Of a stretch of 64,000 nucleotides of DNA, positions 40,448 to 61,344 are shown piece after piece; within the stretch, counting starts at the first letter, position 1, and every line of letters begins with the position of its first letter. The stretch covers positions 96,001-160,000 of the forward strand of contig CBDBCZ010000017.1 in the NCBI GenBank assembly GCA_965203295.1, read 5' to 3'. A program made the translations under genes and the position numbers. The stretch comes from Nitrospirales bacterium. Its GTDB lineage: Bacteria; Nitrospirota; Nitrospiria; Nitrospirales; UBA8639. The notes under the pieces were generated by a model, which ran no database searches, had not been told where the DNA came from, and was given only the letters and a program-made list of their open reading frames with translations.

Positions 40448-43325
40448 ACTAGGTGAATGCAGGGCATTGTGGGGGCGAGCGTGAGCTAGTAAGACATAAG
40501 TAGGAGCTGGTGCTGTGGTACACTCTAGCTTAGCCTCTAATTTGGTAGGTCTAACCACAGCCTATAGCCCTTGTCTGCATACCCCTAGGCATAGGTGTAC
40601 CGCTCAGGCTGGGCCGGATATTCAGTTGTGCGCATGCGCGTATACAAAGCGCGCGCGCCTCTCCATAAAGCGCGTGGTATTGTAAGAGGTGTAAGTTTTT
40701 GTGAATGTTTTGGCGAAGGAGTGTGTTTTCTACTAGCAATCTACTACTTCATACATCAGGAGATGTTTAGAGTAGTTACCAACTGTCACTGTATGTGTCC
40801 GTGGTGCTACAGAGTCAGCTGCACCAGATGGAAGCAGAGTTGAGAAGGCACAAGAGATGTAACCCTCGGTGTTAAACTCATTGATGGGAGTGTCACCAGT
40901 AGATGGCCATGCAATTGCAGGTGGTTGGCTAGATTGTCGCTCCTGCACTGACTGTCTGATGGCTTCCTGTTCTGTTAGTCTTGGAGCAGTGACAGGAACA
41001 AAAGTTCTCGATAGGTCAGCATCATAGGGGTCAATGTCTTGTGGTGCTGGGACTTCAGAGTCATCAGGGGGAGAGTCCACTGTCATGGAGTGAAGGCCAG
41101 CGAGTTCACCATCCTCAGGGAGCTGAGCAAGGGCATCAAGATCAATGTGAACATTGCGGTAGTAGCTGTTGTTGGCTACCAGCCACTGAAGAGCCTGAAG
41201 CACTACAGACCTCCTGACGCGAAAGTCACGATGGGATTGGATAGAGCCTTCCTTTCTCACAACAATGATATCAAGTTCAGTGGGAAGTCGTGGTAAAGTG
41301 TTAGCAAAGGAGGCAACATCCTGTGGAAGGTTGATGGCATGTCCTCTATAGCCATACTGTCCATGAGGCAAGCGGTAGAGGGGCGTGATAGGCAACACAG
41401 CAGAGATTAACATCTCCTCTACTTGTGTTAAACCCTACATGGGGAAAAAATCAGAAACTTTTACACCAAGAACAGAAGTATGACATGAAGCAGGAAGTCT
41501 GTCTAACCTGTAGCTGAGGTGGCACAAGGCCAGGGTCCGTGTTGTTAGCAATAGAATACAACTTTGGTGTGTGCTTGTCTCGGCTACAACGCAGGCACTC
41601 AGTAGACTGTAAGCGAAGCTGAAGACCAGGGAATGCTTCTGAACAAGTAGTGCATCTTGGTGATTCCAGTGCAGCGAGATGAGCATGGAATTTGCACATC
41701 CTAGCTCGAACATCTGGCTGCTCAAACAGTGGAAGATCTGATTGTGCACCTCTGTGACTCTCTTGGTCATGCTGTAGCCGAGCTACTCTCTCATCTGTTG
41801 TCTCAGCAGCCAATCTCTCTCGCTGGCGTTCACTCATCTGCTGTAACCTGGCCGCTCTCTCTTCGGTGGTCTCAGCAGCCAATCTCTCTTGCTGAAGTTC
41901 AGTGGTCTCAGCAGCCAGCCTGTTACTCATTCGCTGCAGCCTGGTCTCTCTCTCTTCACTACTCTCGGTTGACAGTCTGAGTCTTCTTTGCTGTAAAAGT
42001 ACAGCCCTATCTGCAGCGGTCCGAGCAGCGCGTCTAGCTCTATCCCTCTCTCTCCGCACTCTCAGGCGTTCATGTCTTTGGTCCGCGGTTTCGGAGGCGC
42101 GGCGAGCTCTCTCTCGCTCTCTCCTACGCCGCAACCTTTCTTCTCTGTTCCCCGTCGATTCAGGGACTCTTCTGCTTTGAGAATCCATCGCGCGTAAGCT
42201 TGAACGCGTGGTTGATAGAAGTATACGGAACTATACGGTCATATGCGGCGTTACGCGCGCTAAATTGGATAGTAATAGATATTCGGCACGACGGACGGTC
42301 GTGCGATAATTGGGGCGAGCCTGAGCGAGCCCCAAACTTAGCGACTTGGCTGCGCATAATCTGTCTGTATTATTATTATTATTATTATCGATATCGATAT
42401 CGTGGTACGTACGTCTTACCGAATGTAAGTGAATGTAAAGTCTAATTTAGCGAAATGCGTAGCCTAGGCGACGTTAAATTGACTTGACCACGTGAATACT
42501 TCAGTTTTGAAATTTCTTCGAAGATTTGAAACTTCTACATGTGCAAGCTAGCGCTTTTGATACAACTGTCAGCATGGATACTTCGTCAGCTCCAGAAGTG
42601 CTTCAGGACAGAGAGGAGAGATCGCAACAATGTACGAATACAGCGAGAAAGGAGAGGCTTTGAAGACGGTGAGAGGGACCGCCGTCCTTCCGAGACAGCC
42701 GAACCAAAAGGATATTGCCTCTTTTGTCACTAGCTTGCCATGACTGTACCCAGTGAGCTTGTCATAGTTATAAGCTATCCAGTTCCTTTTTGACTGCCAT
42801 GCTTGTGATAATATCCATCATGCTTAGCTAGTGTGCTGTAGTGCAGGCACTACACTCTGATGCTCCTGCTCTGCTTAACGCTTCAAGGGGGCGATGGACC
42901 TCATCACTGAGCAGAGACCATAGAACATACTGACAGGAATGCACTCTGGAGCGTTCTCCACATTCTTGTACACTTTCATTTCTCAAGTTACTTAAATTAT
43001 CCCTCATTGTCATCACGTTTTCTACTGCACGCTATATGTTTCGCGAAGGCTCGCCCCACTATGCCCTGCATATCACTAGTATATATATATATATACTAGG
43101 AGAATGCAGAGCATTTGTGGGGCGAGCGCAACTACAACAAGACATGTTTCTGCGCATGCGCAATGCGACCGGTCGGTCGATGACATACATACAAACAGAG
43201 TTGGCATTGACCTCGCTAGTACAGGGCTCGCTGCGCTCGCCCCAATAATATATATATACATATAGAGAAAATCGCCGTTGACATCGCTAGAAGGGGGCTC
43301 GCTCACGCTCGCCCCGATTATCGCA
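40448..43325 (-). mobile_element. Helitron/Helentron-type composite insertion upstream of CBR copy B
   Basis: Absent from copy A (~15612). Inverted subterminal repeats ACTAGGTGAATGCAGGGCAT..GGCGAGC (40448) and GCTCGCCC..ATGCCCTGCATATCACTAGT (~43080); short hairpin-ended satellites at ~43095-43245 and ~43260-43320; carries a Rep-helicase N-terminal ORF. Confidence 0.75.
40733..42188 (-). pseudogene. Truncated Helitron Rep/helicase N-terminal region (DUF6570-like), 2 exons, ~460 aa
   Basis: Exons 42188-41508 and 41434-40733 joined by a 73-bp GT-AG intron give NNTDPGLVPPQLQ|GLTQVEEMLISAV...GQYGYRGHAINLPQ...FRVRRSVVLQALQWLVANNSYY...PINEF. Preceded by R/E-rich repeats and CxxC pairs. Ends before any HUH or helicase motif. 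Confidence 0.75.
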
Positions 43326-43892
43326 CAAACCATTCATGTAAGGTTGCACTTCGACAAAAACAAAGGAAGCAAGCTATAACTCATACCACAATGCGTTCAC
43401 AGACTACCTACGCATAGCAGCCCAATGCATTTCGGGGTAGCTAGCTACATATCACAGCGCAGTGTTTATGGAGAACATCCTGGGTAAGGAGATGTAGGAA
43501 GGACGGTCTCTTGTAAACGCACTGCAGTGCGATATGTAGTTACTCTGTAATGCATTGGGCTGTGATATAATAATGGGAAGTGTGCATATCAGTGATATAC
43601 CTCCTGCTATATATGGAAGAGGAATTATATTGTGAGGGCCCCAGGCCTGAAGGGTAGCTATATTCCCATAAACCTCTGAATACAAACAAGTGGTATAGCA
43701 ATGATATTCCCCCATAAACCTCTGAAGACAAACAAGTGGTATAGCAATGATATTCACAGATTGGGCACATTTCATATGTTATAAATTTGATGAGGTGTAT
43801 ATCTTCCTGCTGTTTCCATAGCAGCACGGCCACTTAACACATTCCATGCCCCTAGCCTGAATGTGGGTTGCTTGGCAACTTTGGCTTCTTAA

Positions 43893-44035
43893 CTCTTTAC
43901 CAACCAATGACGCATATATGCGTCATGAGTTCCCATAAGCCCATATGAATTTATATGGGCGTTTTAATACTAGGCGTTAATACTTTGTACAGGCTTTTCT
44001 GCTTCTTTAAGCTGTTTCTTCTGGTTGGTAAAGGG
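43893..44035. mobile_element. TTAA-specific (piggyBac-like) MITE, copy B only
   Basis: TTAA-CTCTTTACCAACCA...TGGTTGGTAAAGGG-TTAA; single TTAA at the empty site in copy A (16169-16172). Confidence 0.85.
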
Positions 44036-45232
44036 TTAATTCAGTTGTGAGAAGGATGGTCACAGTTGTCAAGCAACCCTAATGCCTGGCATACCTGGGA
44101 TATGTAAATTTACACAGTAGCCATAGCTACATATCAAAGGTATCGCTAGGAATCTAAAACCACCCATTCATGAATATGATCAGATACAAGGTGCTTGCTC
44201 TGCTCACTCTCTAGAGACCAATCAATTAGTGATCAAAAGTAATTGCTAGTGTGAAAAGCAGTAAACTGTGCAGGGGTTGCAAAATGTCCAATTTCCTATT
44301 CACAAAGCGCACTAGTGCATTATATGCGAAAGATGTCAGATGGAGAATGATTTAGCTACCAAGCAAAGGCTCTAAGGAATCACTGAAACGGTGAGTGACT
44401 GTAGACCATCAGAACACTTTTTTTTGATGAGACATGCAGGGGGTGTATCAGAGCGAAAGCCTCCAGAAAATGTATAGGCTACCCCAAAATGCCCAAAGTG
44501 ATTTGTGAAGAGCGTTCCATATATGGAGCATAGGAAAGGCTGTGGCCCGTGGGTTGTGCTAGCCACTACACACGCCATGGCAACAGCCATAGCTACATGT
44601 ATATGTATATACCAGATTATATGAGACCAATAAATTAGTGGTCAAAACTTATATAAGTGTATAATTCTAGAAATTCTACAAATTGCCGTTCTCCCATGCA
44701 TGCAGACTCTAGCTTTCTTGTGGAGAGTCTGGTCACGGCAAGACTGGTCCCGTATCACTTCTTTCCTTTGTCTGACTCGTGAAAAAACCCACCTGTGATC
44801 ATTTTTGAAATAAAGTGTAAGATGAGATCTCGGCTAGCTACCAGGTTGACAGATATAGCTATGTCCCCTCTCTAGCCACCTGCGGACTTCATCAGAAATT
44901 GTGTATGTGTACTGTAGTTAATTATGCTACATGTACTTCCCCCAGCTTTGATGTCTGTGTACATGTGAATTTCAGCCAGCGTACCTGCCATCCCGCTGCT
45001 GTAACACTATACATCAACCTCATGCACACACCAGTTTTATTCATCACCCCTTTGTGCATGTACCTTACGATACTTCCTTTGTAGAATTTCTTGGCCCCTT
45101 CCACTGTGTTGGCTCCAACTTGGCCTATTTTTAATTACTGTAAATTATTTTTGGCACACTTCATAATGACATACTTTCTACTGCATAAACTTTCACAGAA
45201 TAAAACACAGATATTAATATGAAGCCATGCAG

Positions 45233-46063
45233 CTACTCTTTTTCTGCTACAACAAACATTAGTCCAGTTTCTGTTTGGCCCGGCATAAGATTTGCAGAAT
45301 TCAATGAAAACTTTTCAATGGAAATATTTTTAAACCCTGCTTCGGTGAGGGAGGTTGTAATCAGCTCCTCTGACTCTTCCAAGACTCGGAACTTTTCTGA
45401 ACGATTCGAATCGAGGTGTAGATCGTAGAATTTCTCTCCTTCAGTGCAATAGATTACTATTCGTCCCCCTGGATTGAGGAGCGCTGACAGCCTAGCCACG
45501 GCTGATTTATATTCCTCTTCAGTTGCACACGCTGGTCCCAAGCATAGGCATGTGATGATTACATCATACGGACCCTCGTATCCGAGTTGAATCGGTGGCT
45601 CTTGCGAAGCATCACAGGCAACAATCGCCTTGATGACGCTGCGTAGCTTTTCCTCGCGAGTTTTCGCTTCTCGCTCGCTTTTCCCTTCCAAGTTTTGGAC
45701 AACGTACCGGAAGTACGGAGACCAATCGTGCGCATCCCGATCGCCGTCTTTCCACTTCTGTAACGATTCTCGACTTGATGCGGTATATTCCGACAGCACT
45801 ATCTCCGAAGCGTGCAGGGCAGAGCTGATCTGCCACAGAATGCAGGGACCGGCTCCAAATTCCAGAATCTTCAGGTCCCGCCGATGCGGTTTAAAGGAAG
45901 CCCAAAAATTGTGCAACTGCTGCAGTGGGAACACGCAGTGGACCACGTTAGTGACGTCTCCGGAGTACCTCGGCTTCAAGTACGCCTCTGGATCGAAAGT
46001 ATTGTGGTAACTGCTTCCGAAGCCCAACTCTGTATCACAGTCCGCTCCGCTCGTCATAGTCAT
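45233..46063 (-). CDS. NNMT/INMT/PNMT-family methyltransferase, intronless, copy B, 276 aa
   Basis: Same length and motifs as copy A with roughly a dozen substitutions (e.g. ASSRESLQKW for AANRETLQKW). Confidence 0.92.
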   Translation of the reverse strand: MTMTSGADCDTELGFGSSYHNTFDPEAYLKPRYSGDVTNVVHCVFPLQQLHNFWASFKPHRRDLKILEFGAGPCILWQISSALHASEIVLSEYTASSRESLQKWKDGDRDAHDWSPYFRYVVQNLEGKSEREAKTREEKLRSVIKAIVACDASQEPPIQLGYEGPYDVIITCLCLGPACATEEEYKSAVARLSALLNPGGRIVIYCTEGEKFYDLHLDSNRSEKFRVLEESEELITTSLTEAGFKNISIEKFSLNSANLMPGQTETGLMFVVAEKE

Positions 46064-46270
46064 AAGCTTTGTTGATTTTGGCTCATGAAAAACTGTATTA
46101 CGCTATGCTATAGGATGTAGTTTGTGCAAAGCTACCCCATTATATAGCTAATTGTTACGTCGCATCCTCCGTTAGATCCGATGGCCTGATCGAGGCGCTC
46201 GTGCACGCCCGACTGTAGTCTCGTGACCAAGTGTCTAGTCTCGTGATCATGAGGTACGCCCACGTCATTA

Positions 46271-50994
<4,724 letters not shown>

Positions 50995-51806
50995 AACCCT
51001 CGACTACCGTTCCTTTACAACCATACTGAGTGCTATAGTATGCATACGTGACATGTATTATGTACGTATATAAAAATTTCCTGAAATGCGTTACAAGGAA
51101 ATTTGACAGGAAATATGGCATTCCAGGTACAGGGTACATGTAGTATATTAGGATAGGGCAGAATTTCCTTTAAAATCATGAAATTCTGTCCTATCCTATA
51201 CTACCCTGTACCTGAAATACCAAATTTCCTATCACATTTCCTTGCAATGCATTTCAGGAAATTCCACTTTTTTTTGCTGTGCATGACTATGTACAGTTCC
51301 TTTGCAACTAGTGCTATAGTATGCATACGTGTATTATGTACACAGGTTAAATTTCCTAAAATGCGTTAGCTACAATATATAGAGGAAATTCGACAGAAAA
51401 TATGGCATTTTAGGTACAGGGTATAGGGCAGAAAATCATGAAATCCTATAATATACTACCTTCTACCTGAAATACCAGATTTCCTGTCAACTTTCTTTGT
51501 AACGCATTTCCACTTTTTTTTGCTGTGGTATATATACATAGGTACTGCATGTATTATGTATAATTATCATAGTGTGTGACCACATAATATTTTTTGATGA
51601 CACTGTGCATGCTATACACTTACAGCAAGAAAAAGGTATATGCAGAGTCAATATTACGTACATAGACATAAGAGACGAAAAGGCACGAATTATTATAGCA
51701 CTTCCATCGTCAACAGTAGCACATGCAATGTACAAAAAGGTCGTTCATTACATAGTAATTAAGCTAGTGCTCTCATGAGGCATAGCTGCAAGCCTGAGAG
51801 CTGACG

Positions 51807-54800
51807 TCACTTGAGAACCATGATCTGTTCAAGAGGCTTCCTCTTCACGTCTGGAACAGTAGCGCCCTCAGCGGGATAGCCTACCGGTAGCAGGACCATC
51901 ACCTGGATGATGGATAACAGGTGATGATAGCATGCCCATACCAATCTGATGTAATTGGGAGGGGGGGGGGGGTTAAAGTAGGCACTAAATGGAAAATGTA
52001 CATGTCGTAGTCTAGCTATATAGCTATCCCCAACTTATACCCCCTTAGGGATCGCTTGCAGTGTCAGATACTTCAAGCGATCCCTAGATGGGTAGAAGTT
52101 GGGGATGTGTAGCTAGCTAGACTATATACACGTCGTTGAAATAGATCTGGGCAACACATTAATTTTGCGGTATATAAGACCATGCTCCCGTACCTACATA
52201 CGTGGTAGGGGGGTGGTTGTGCCCCAAATTAAAGCCTTAGATAAAAGCTACATGTAGTATATTTACTAAAAGTATAATTCCCTTCTGCTTTTCAGTAGTC
52301 TAAGAATAGAATTAGCTATAAATATGCCTATGCACTAATTGCATGCAAGTACATGTAAGCAGCAAGTATATACGTATCTATGCAGCTAGCTATTTTGATT
52401 TAGAGTTTCAGTCTTATATGGGAGGCAAGGATGGAAATCGCTACATCACTGCAAGCTTGTACTGTCCGCAGCCTAAGTGCAGTGTACTGTCTGCTCTACC
52501 TTCTCATTGTCAGGCCTCCCCAGTAGCTCCCTAAGGGCCACTCAGGTAACTGTACTGTCTGCTCTACCTTCTCATTGTCAGGCCTCCCCAGTAGCTCCCT
52601 AAGGGCCACTCCGGCATTGAGAGGCTTTGCTGTGTCCCAAATATGCTTTCTTAATAGAAAGTTACCACTGAAATGAAAACACCTCTCTATACAGGACATT
52701 GCACCAGGTCCCCAAGGTGTCCACAATAGAGGGGTTCCACTGTACGTATGGACAGGGGGTGGGGGGTTCTGCCCCAAATTAAAGCCTTAGATTAAAGCTA
52801 GTATATTTATTGAAAGTCTAATTCCCTTCTGCATGTCAGTAGTGCAGTGAACTGTCTGCTCTACCTTCTCATTGTCAGGCCTCCCCAGTAGCTCCCTAAG
52901 GGCCACTCCAGCATTGAGAGGCTTTGTTGTGTCCCAAATATGCTTTCTTAATAGAAAGTTACCACTGAAATGAAAACACCTCTCTATACAGGACATTGCA
53001 CCAGGTCCCCAAGGTGTCCGGTTCCACTGTACGTATGGACAGGGGGTGGGGGGTTCTGCCTCAAATTAAAGCCTTAGATTAAAGCTAGTGTAGTTATTGA
53101 AAGTCTAATTCCCTTCTGCATGTCAGTAGTGCAGTGTACTGTCTGCTCTACCTTCTCATTGTCAGGCCTCCCCAGTAGCTCCCTAAGGGCCACTCCGGCA
53201 TTGAGAGGCGTGGTGGTAACTGTAACCAGCCCTGCATTGTGGATGGCTGCCACAAGAATGCCACTGGCAATGGCGGTGCTGATCTCGTAGTAGTAGTGAG
53301 CGTATCGCTGCCCGTCTTCGCCGATGTGGTAGGCCTGCTTGAAGACGATGATTAGGTAAGGGGCCGTCTCCAGATACGGCTTTTCGTGGGTTGTCCTGAC
53401 GAACTTGAGGTCGTTCACCCACTTGTCGCCCATTCTACGATCATAGTTGTGGTATTCTTCCTGTATTAGGGTACGTACGTAAGGGAAAAGAGAATAAAAT
53501 TAACAGCATCACAGTTAGACCATAATCATATGATCAATTTCAGTTTGCCCACTGGAATAAACACAGATAATCAGGCAACATCAATTTGCTACATGTATGA
53601 TGAGTACTCAATTTGGTGGTAAAGCCTCGATCTTCACTTCAAAATGCTAGCAATAAAGTCCAACCAAGAACAGACTTGGGGAAGCATACTGCATGTTTCC
53701 AATCTAGTGGGTTAGAATACACTTCATGAATATGTTTGTAATTGATGTTCTCGTTACACCTCATTCATTTCAAAGAGTGTTTTAGGTTACTATAGTGTTA
53801 GATGTAGACATTAATGTACATATTATCTGATCTACTTCCATCTTCATTACCTGCTCAATAATGTCTCTAATTTGTGATTTCAGTTTCGGATCTCCAACAA
53901 CAACAAACGTCCAGGGTTCGGAGTGGGCCCCAGATGGCGATGTACCTGCCGTATGAACGATACTCTTGATGGCTTCAACTGGAACGGGTTTGGGGCTGAA
54001 GTTCCTCACAGATCGCCGCTCGTTCATCTGCTCATAAAACTCCCTGGCTCTTCTTTTCACTTCTTCTTCTGATGGCCTCTCTGGCTGATACGGCACGTGT
54101 GGTGTGTCAGACGCGTGCAAGGGTGGAGCAAGCGAGGGGTCCGGTTCTTCCTCGTCGAATTCCGATAGTGGGTGCTCCCCCTTGTCCATGCTGAGGATAT
54201 CCTGCGTCTTCTTTCTTGCAGTTGTGCTGTCCTCGGACTCGTCTTTGGGGCGTCTTTCCTGATCCATATAAACAAATTTAAATAAACCTGCTAATTCCAG
54301 GGCAAGTTTATTCCTCAGCATAGAGGGTAGTTTGAATCTATATGGAGGGTTTTATATTTATATTTATCTTATTGGATGGGTAGCTGTCCAATATCAGTGG
54401 ATATTGGACGAGTCCATGCTGTATTTTGGCAAGTCGGAAGGACGAGCTAAATACAAGCAAGACAAGTCCAATGTCCAGTGATATTGGATGGCTACATGTA
54501 CCCATTCAATGAGAAATTTATTGTGTATTGTACACACCACCCATGATTCTAAATGGCGTGTTCATCAACCATCCAATATCATAAGATATTGGACGGTTTG
54601 CCAAATAGGAAATACTACATAGTGGTACCATGATAATGAGTGAACAATAATAGACATTAATATAAAGTTTAATATGCATGGGCATAAAAATGTGCCTGTG
54701 GTGTGCAAAGAGGAAATAAACTTTGCGTTTAGAGTGTTATATGTAGCAAAGTGTGGTTGGCTCTACAATGGTACAGAAAGAAGGGCAGCTCGTAAATTTA

Positions 54801-55183
54801 TGGTTTCGAGGTATCAGTTGTTAGACGAATCTAGCTCTACACATCCACATGCTTAGATTCTGAAGATGAGACATCATTTATATCCCAAACACTAGGCCCA
54901 CCCACGCCTTCTAAAGAGCTTTCTGATGAAATGGATACTACCAAAAGTCAAATGATCTATTATAAGCACACGTCTTCAAAATGATGTCCACACTTTACAT
55001 ACCCATTACCAGTGAGATTTATGAAAAAAAAATATCCACTTTGAGAAGTATATAGCTAACCTGTGCTAGCAGGTGTGCCAGTATGGCGGCCACTACGACA
55101 GTGGCCAAGGTTGCTAGCAGGTAGTGCCAGTACTGGGCCAGAAAGGGAGCCGATCGGGTAAGGAAGCTGATAGCATCGTCCAT
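51807..55183 (-). CDS. IYD: Iodotyrosine deiodinase (FMN nitroreductase superfamily), 4 exons, ~311 aa
   Basis: Exons 55183-55061 (hydrophobic anchor [19 protein letters not shown]), 54258-53851 ([26 protein letters not shown]), 53460-53152 ([34 protein letters not shown]), 51902-51807 (LLPVGYP, KRKPL); all phase-0 GT-AG. Confidence 0.92.
52480..53150. repeat. Tandem copies of the IYD exon 3 end plus donor within the last intron
   Basis: CTGTCTGCTCTACCTTCTCATTGTCAGGCCTCCCCAGTAGCTCCCTAAGGGCCACTC recurs at ~52487, ~52556 and ~52852 (units up to ~300 bp). Confidence 0.9.
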
Positions 55184-56828
55184 TTTCTAGTGCGTGTGTG
55201 TGAGTGTGAGAGTGAAAGTGAGTGTGTGTGTGTGTATGTGTATGAGAGAGAGAGAGAGAGAGTGTGTGTCAGGGGAAGTATGTACATGTACATAGGGTGG
55301 CTGCCTAGAGAAAGCAATGTAGTAGTGTGTACATGGGCTCCTATATCACTGTGACCTTGATTAGGTTCCAGTAGTGGAAGCTGCAGATGGTCATGGCTTC
55401 ACTAAGTGCAAAGTGAAGGAACTCTGAATGGAAAGTTGGTTCTCAGCTGAGGCTGTTTTGCTTTCAAGTCATTACCCCATGCCACGTATGTTTGGGTGGG
55501 ATGAACGATCGGTTTTGTCTGTCTGTCGTCATCATTGTCTGTCATAAAAATTCTTCATAGCAGGCAGATTAGGAGCTATAATAATTTTGAGTAACAATTA
55601 AAATCCCCAAAGAATCAATATGTGTACATGTATAATCATGTGTATACCTAGCTGATAGTGACCAAAGCGGTTCTAGTCTCCAGCTCTTTCTTATTCAACA
55701 CTGGTAAAGTCTACTGTTTTAGTATAGTAAAGAACTCGAATACGACAGAGGGGAGGGCGGGCATACACGGTCTCAGGACACGTGTTCATACTCGAGTGTA
55801 CAGCATCAGTGTCACTACTACAGCGATCAGTCACGCCCACAGCTTGGATACAACAATACACGAGCACACTATACTCTTTCCAGTCTCAGAGTCCAGGAGT
55901 GCGGGGAATGTCTCTGATAGAGACTTCTAGTTTGAACTACAATGAAATAGAGCTCCTTGAATAGTCGCTGCATTTAGTGTGGCCCAATTCACCATGCAAA
56001 TAAAATACAGTTACAGATCGGGCACATTGAGTTCTTGTTCAATTCGTCTCTACCTAAATCACATAGCTGTGCCCTACTGTAGATACAGCCCATCCCAGCC
56101 TAGGAATGGTGTAGCCTGACATGTCACTATACCTGTAGCTAATTAGCCCAGGCCCCACCCCCATGAAGGGGCACAAAGTATAGGCACTAGTGAACTTACG
56201 ACAGATCATGAAATCCTACATAAGGCCTCCATCTAACACAACATATGCATGTTGGCATTAGAAGCTCACAACTTGCCAGTTAATAGTCGATCGAGGCCCG
56301 GGCATGAAGTAATCTTCTGACGATGACGATCAGTGGAGCATCACGTGCAGGGTCAAGGATGGGGGTGGGGCTAGCTATAGGGCATAGATTGAAGGACTGT
56401 GTCCTACTCTACTATCTATGGAGCGGTTAACTCAGTTGCAGTGAGAACTTCGACTTATGTAGACGTTTTGACTACTAGATCTGGTTACCAGATATCTGGG
56501 TGTGAAGGTAGAAATTTACGCCTTATCCACGAAATGTTGCATTGCATTCTGAGATTTTTATTAAGCAGCATCACAGATAATAGAATTCGTAACCAGCATT
56601 AACATTTTTGTAGATTTAAATGCATGCCATGCACTGTTGCAAGGCCATCCTCCAAATGTTATTATATAGTACGTACGTATAATAGTAGAATTCTACTGCA
56701 ACACAATTGTTGGTATGTAGCTACATGGCGTAAACATCTTAAGTCACAGTGCAACTGGGTTAACCACTCCATTCATTTGGGTTACTGTATTTAATATTTT
56801 CCAGTGTGGTGAGCATGCATGTGGGCGT

Positions 56829-57309
56829 AGCTTGAGACAATTATGCTCTAAATCTTTGCAATTATTCTTTTCTCCAATTCTATGATTTTATTGCTATTAT
56901 TCTCCAAGTTTTTTTGCTACTATTCTCATATTATTCTCAAGTTATACTTGTTGCTATACTGTAACAAAGTGAGCATTCCAGGAAAGACAAGTAAACATCG
57001 ACATGTCGACACTAATACACCAGCCACATGATGACGCGATTGATACTATTATTATAGGGTGCTAGCTAGGCACTCAACCAAAGAAAAAAACTCGATCTAT
57101 TGAGCACCCAGTCCTCATGCATTGCTGGCCAGAGCAGAGACACTGTATTGTATTAATATAGTATCTCTGGCCGGAGGGCAGGGCTGGCCCACTCATCCGG
57201 GCGCGGGCCACCAAAAGATGCTGAGGCTTGCTACTATTCTAGAATTATGTTTTTATGCCAATGTCTTGCTATTATTCTAAAACTTATTCCAGCATAATTA
57301 TCTCAAGCC
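56829..57309. mobile_element. Probable MITE
   Basis: Inverted ends GCTTGAGACAATTATGCT / AGCATAATTATCTCAAGC; internal ATTATTCT repeats. Confidence 0.55.
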
Positions 57310-57727
57310 TATAATGTAATGTGGGCACCATTTAAAATTGGACTAGACGCCTGCATGTCTGCTATAAGGGTGTTGGCATTTGGGAGGGTGCCAAACAATA
57401 GAATTAGTAGAAATTCAATTGGGAGTCACAGCCGATACACATTCACTTGAGTGAAGTGGGCAAAAATTGGTATCTAGGTTCTACTCACAATACGTCTTGA
57501 CATAATTTTGGTAACTACATACATGTATACTTGACAGAGTGACATATAATTATGATACCAACAAGATTTCTTCTGCTAACTACAGAATACAAGCACTACA
57601 AAATCATGTGTGCCTCGTCTTTCTTAGCAAAAACGACTAAAAAGTCATTTTAAAAGTAGTGAGTTATACAATACTGATTCATTTCATTCGGCTGCATATA
57701 GTGTCAAGGGATGGCCTACAAAATCTC

Positions 57728-59617
<1,890 letters not shown>

Positions 59618-60866
59618 GGCTGTTGACAGTGTATAAACTGTATCACTGTAGGATATAGTGGTATTATCCCACATTACATCATCTCTAATACATTTTGTTG
59701 GACGAGAGCAGTAGGATATACAGGCGCATATCCTACAGTTCTGTACTTCCTTAGGTAACATAACCTCCGGTTACTTCACGATAGTTACGCACATGCGCAG
59801 TAGTGGGATAAGTCAGGTAGACCACGCCCCATGCAGCGGAGGATTTGCGCCCTCCTTGCGCGAATATAGGATATAGGATATATTCGGAGGAGCGGAGGAT
59901 ATATAGGCGCATATTCTCCGCTGTGACGTGGACTATCCTATACTTGCAATTACAGATGACTGTAGCTAAAACTATGGTTACGTAGCTATATCGAGGTAGA
60001 CAGTATGTTTGATTACTCACCATCCAAGTCTACCGATTTTCTCACTTGGTTGCTCGCTGCCTGCCAACCCACTGCGTACGAAGGCCGATGGAATTCCAGT
60101 ACGAAGTTCACGTATTTAATTTGCAGGTTCACGGTTCACTCTATTGTATCGTGTTCGATTAATAACCATGGCCATAGCCTGGGCCCCCACGTGGCTACAC
60201 CCGCGCGCCGCAAACTACCACGTGAGCCCGAGACCGGCCCCGTTCGCGCTCGCGCGCGCGCACAGCTAGCTAGCCGGCCGGCCTGTCACCAGGCACGAGA
60301 CTAAGTTCTGCCGTTACCGTTTATGGCAGGTGCGTAGCTTACTGGCGGACAACCTTCGCGCTGCCATTGGTCAGACTGTTGAGCATCCCGTGCTGCCATT
60401 GGTCAGATTGTTCAGCCGGCGGGAAAACGGTTCAAATTTTCAGTTCGCACAATAGAGTAAGGATGTGTTTGTTGCTGCTGCTGTTGCTGTTGCCAAGATG
60501 TTCTTGTACGCCCAACACAGCAGGCAATGGTGAGGAATGGGCTTTACTGTATGTCTGCGTGCGCATGCATGGGGTACTACAATCATATTAGCTAAATAGC
60601 ATGAGGGGATGTTTTTTTTTGGTGGGGGGGGGGGGGGGGGGAGTAGGTTAAATAAGCTTTCTGTTCCTCTTGGTCTGTGCTAGCATGCCATCAATCTCTA
60701 TTTGTTTTCCCTTGCTTCTCCACAGTCACCGACAACCATGAATGATCACCTATTGACAAAGCCAACATCACACACACATGCAGCCAACATACATGTACTG
60801 CAAGCAACTGTGAGGAGTGAAATTATACTGTATATAGGAATGGGCTTTATAGTATATGCATAATAA

Positions 60867-61050
60867 CTAGGAGAATGCAGAGCATTTGTGGGGCGAGCGC
60901 AACTACAACATGTGCTTAGCATGTTTCTGCGCATGCGCAATGCGACCGGTCGGTCGATGACATACATACAGGTCGGTCGATGACATACATACAAACAGAG
61001 TTGGCATTGACCTCGCTAGTACAGGGCTCGCTGCGCTCGCCCCAATTATA
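60867..61050. mobile_element. Short non-autonomous Helentron-like element, same family as ~43095-43245
   Basis: ACTAGGAGAATGCAGAGCATTTGTGGGGCGAGC...GGGCTCGCTGCGCTCGCCCCAAT near-identical at both sites. Confidence 0.7.
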
Positions 61051-61344
61051 TGGGTTTTTCTGTGCAGGAACACATTGGGTTTTCATTGTATGAGGAATGG
61101 TATGGGAATGGAATTATTTGTACGGGAACGGAAATTATGGGATTTACTGTACGTATGGAGAACGGGGTATTAAGCGGTAACTTAATGTGAATTTTATGAT
61201 TATATGTCACGAAGTTCGATCGCAATCAATAATCACATGATAAATATGTGATTGTCAAATGAGTGATCACTGAACGGGGTATTTTGCAAAGTTATTTCAC
61301 ATGTGGTCAGTTTTCACAGACAATAATTTGTAATTATTATTGTA

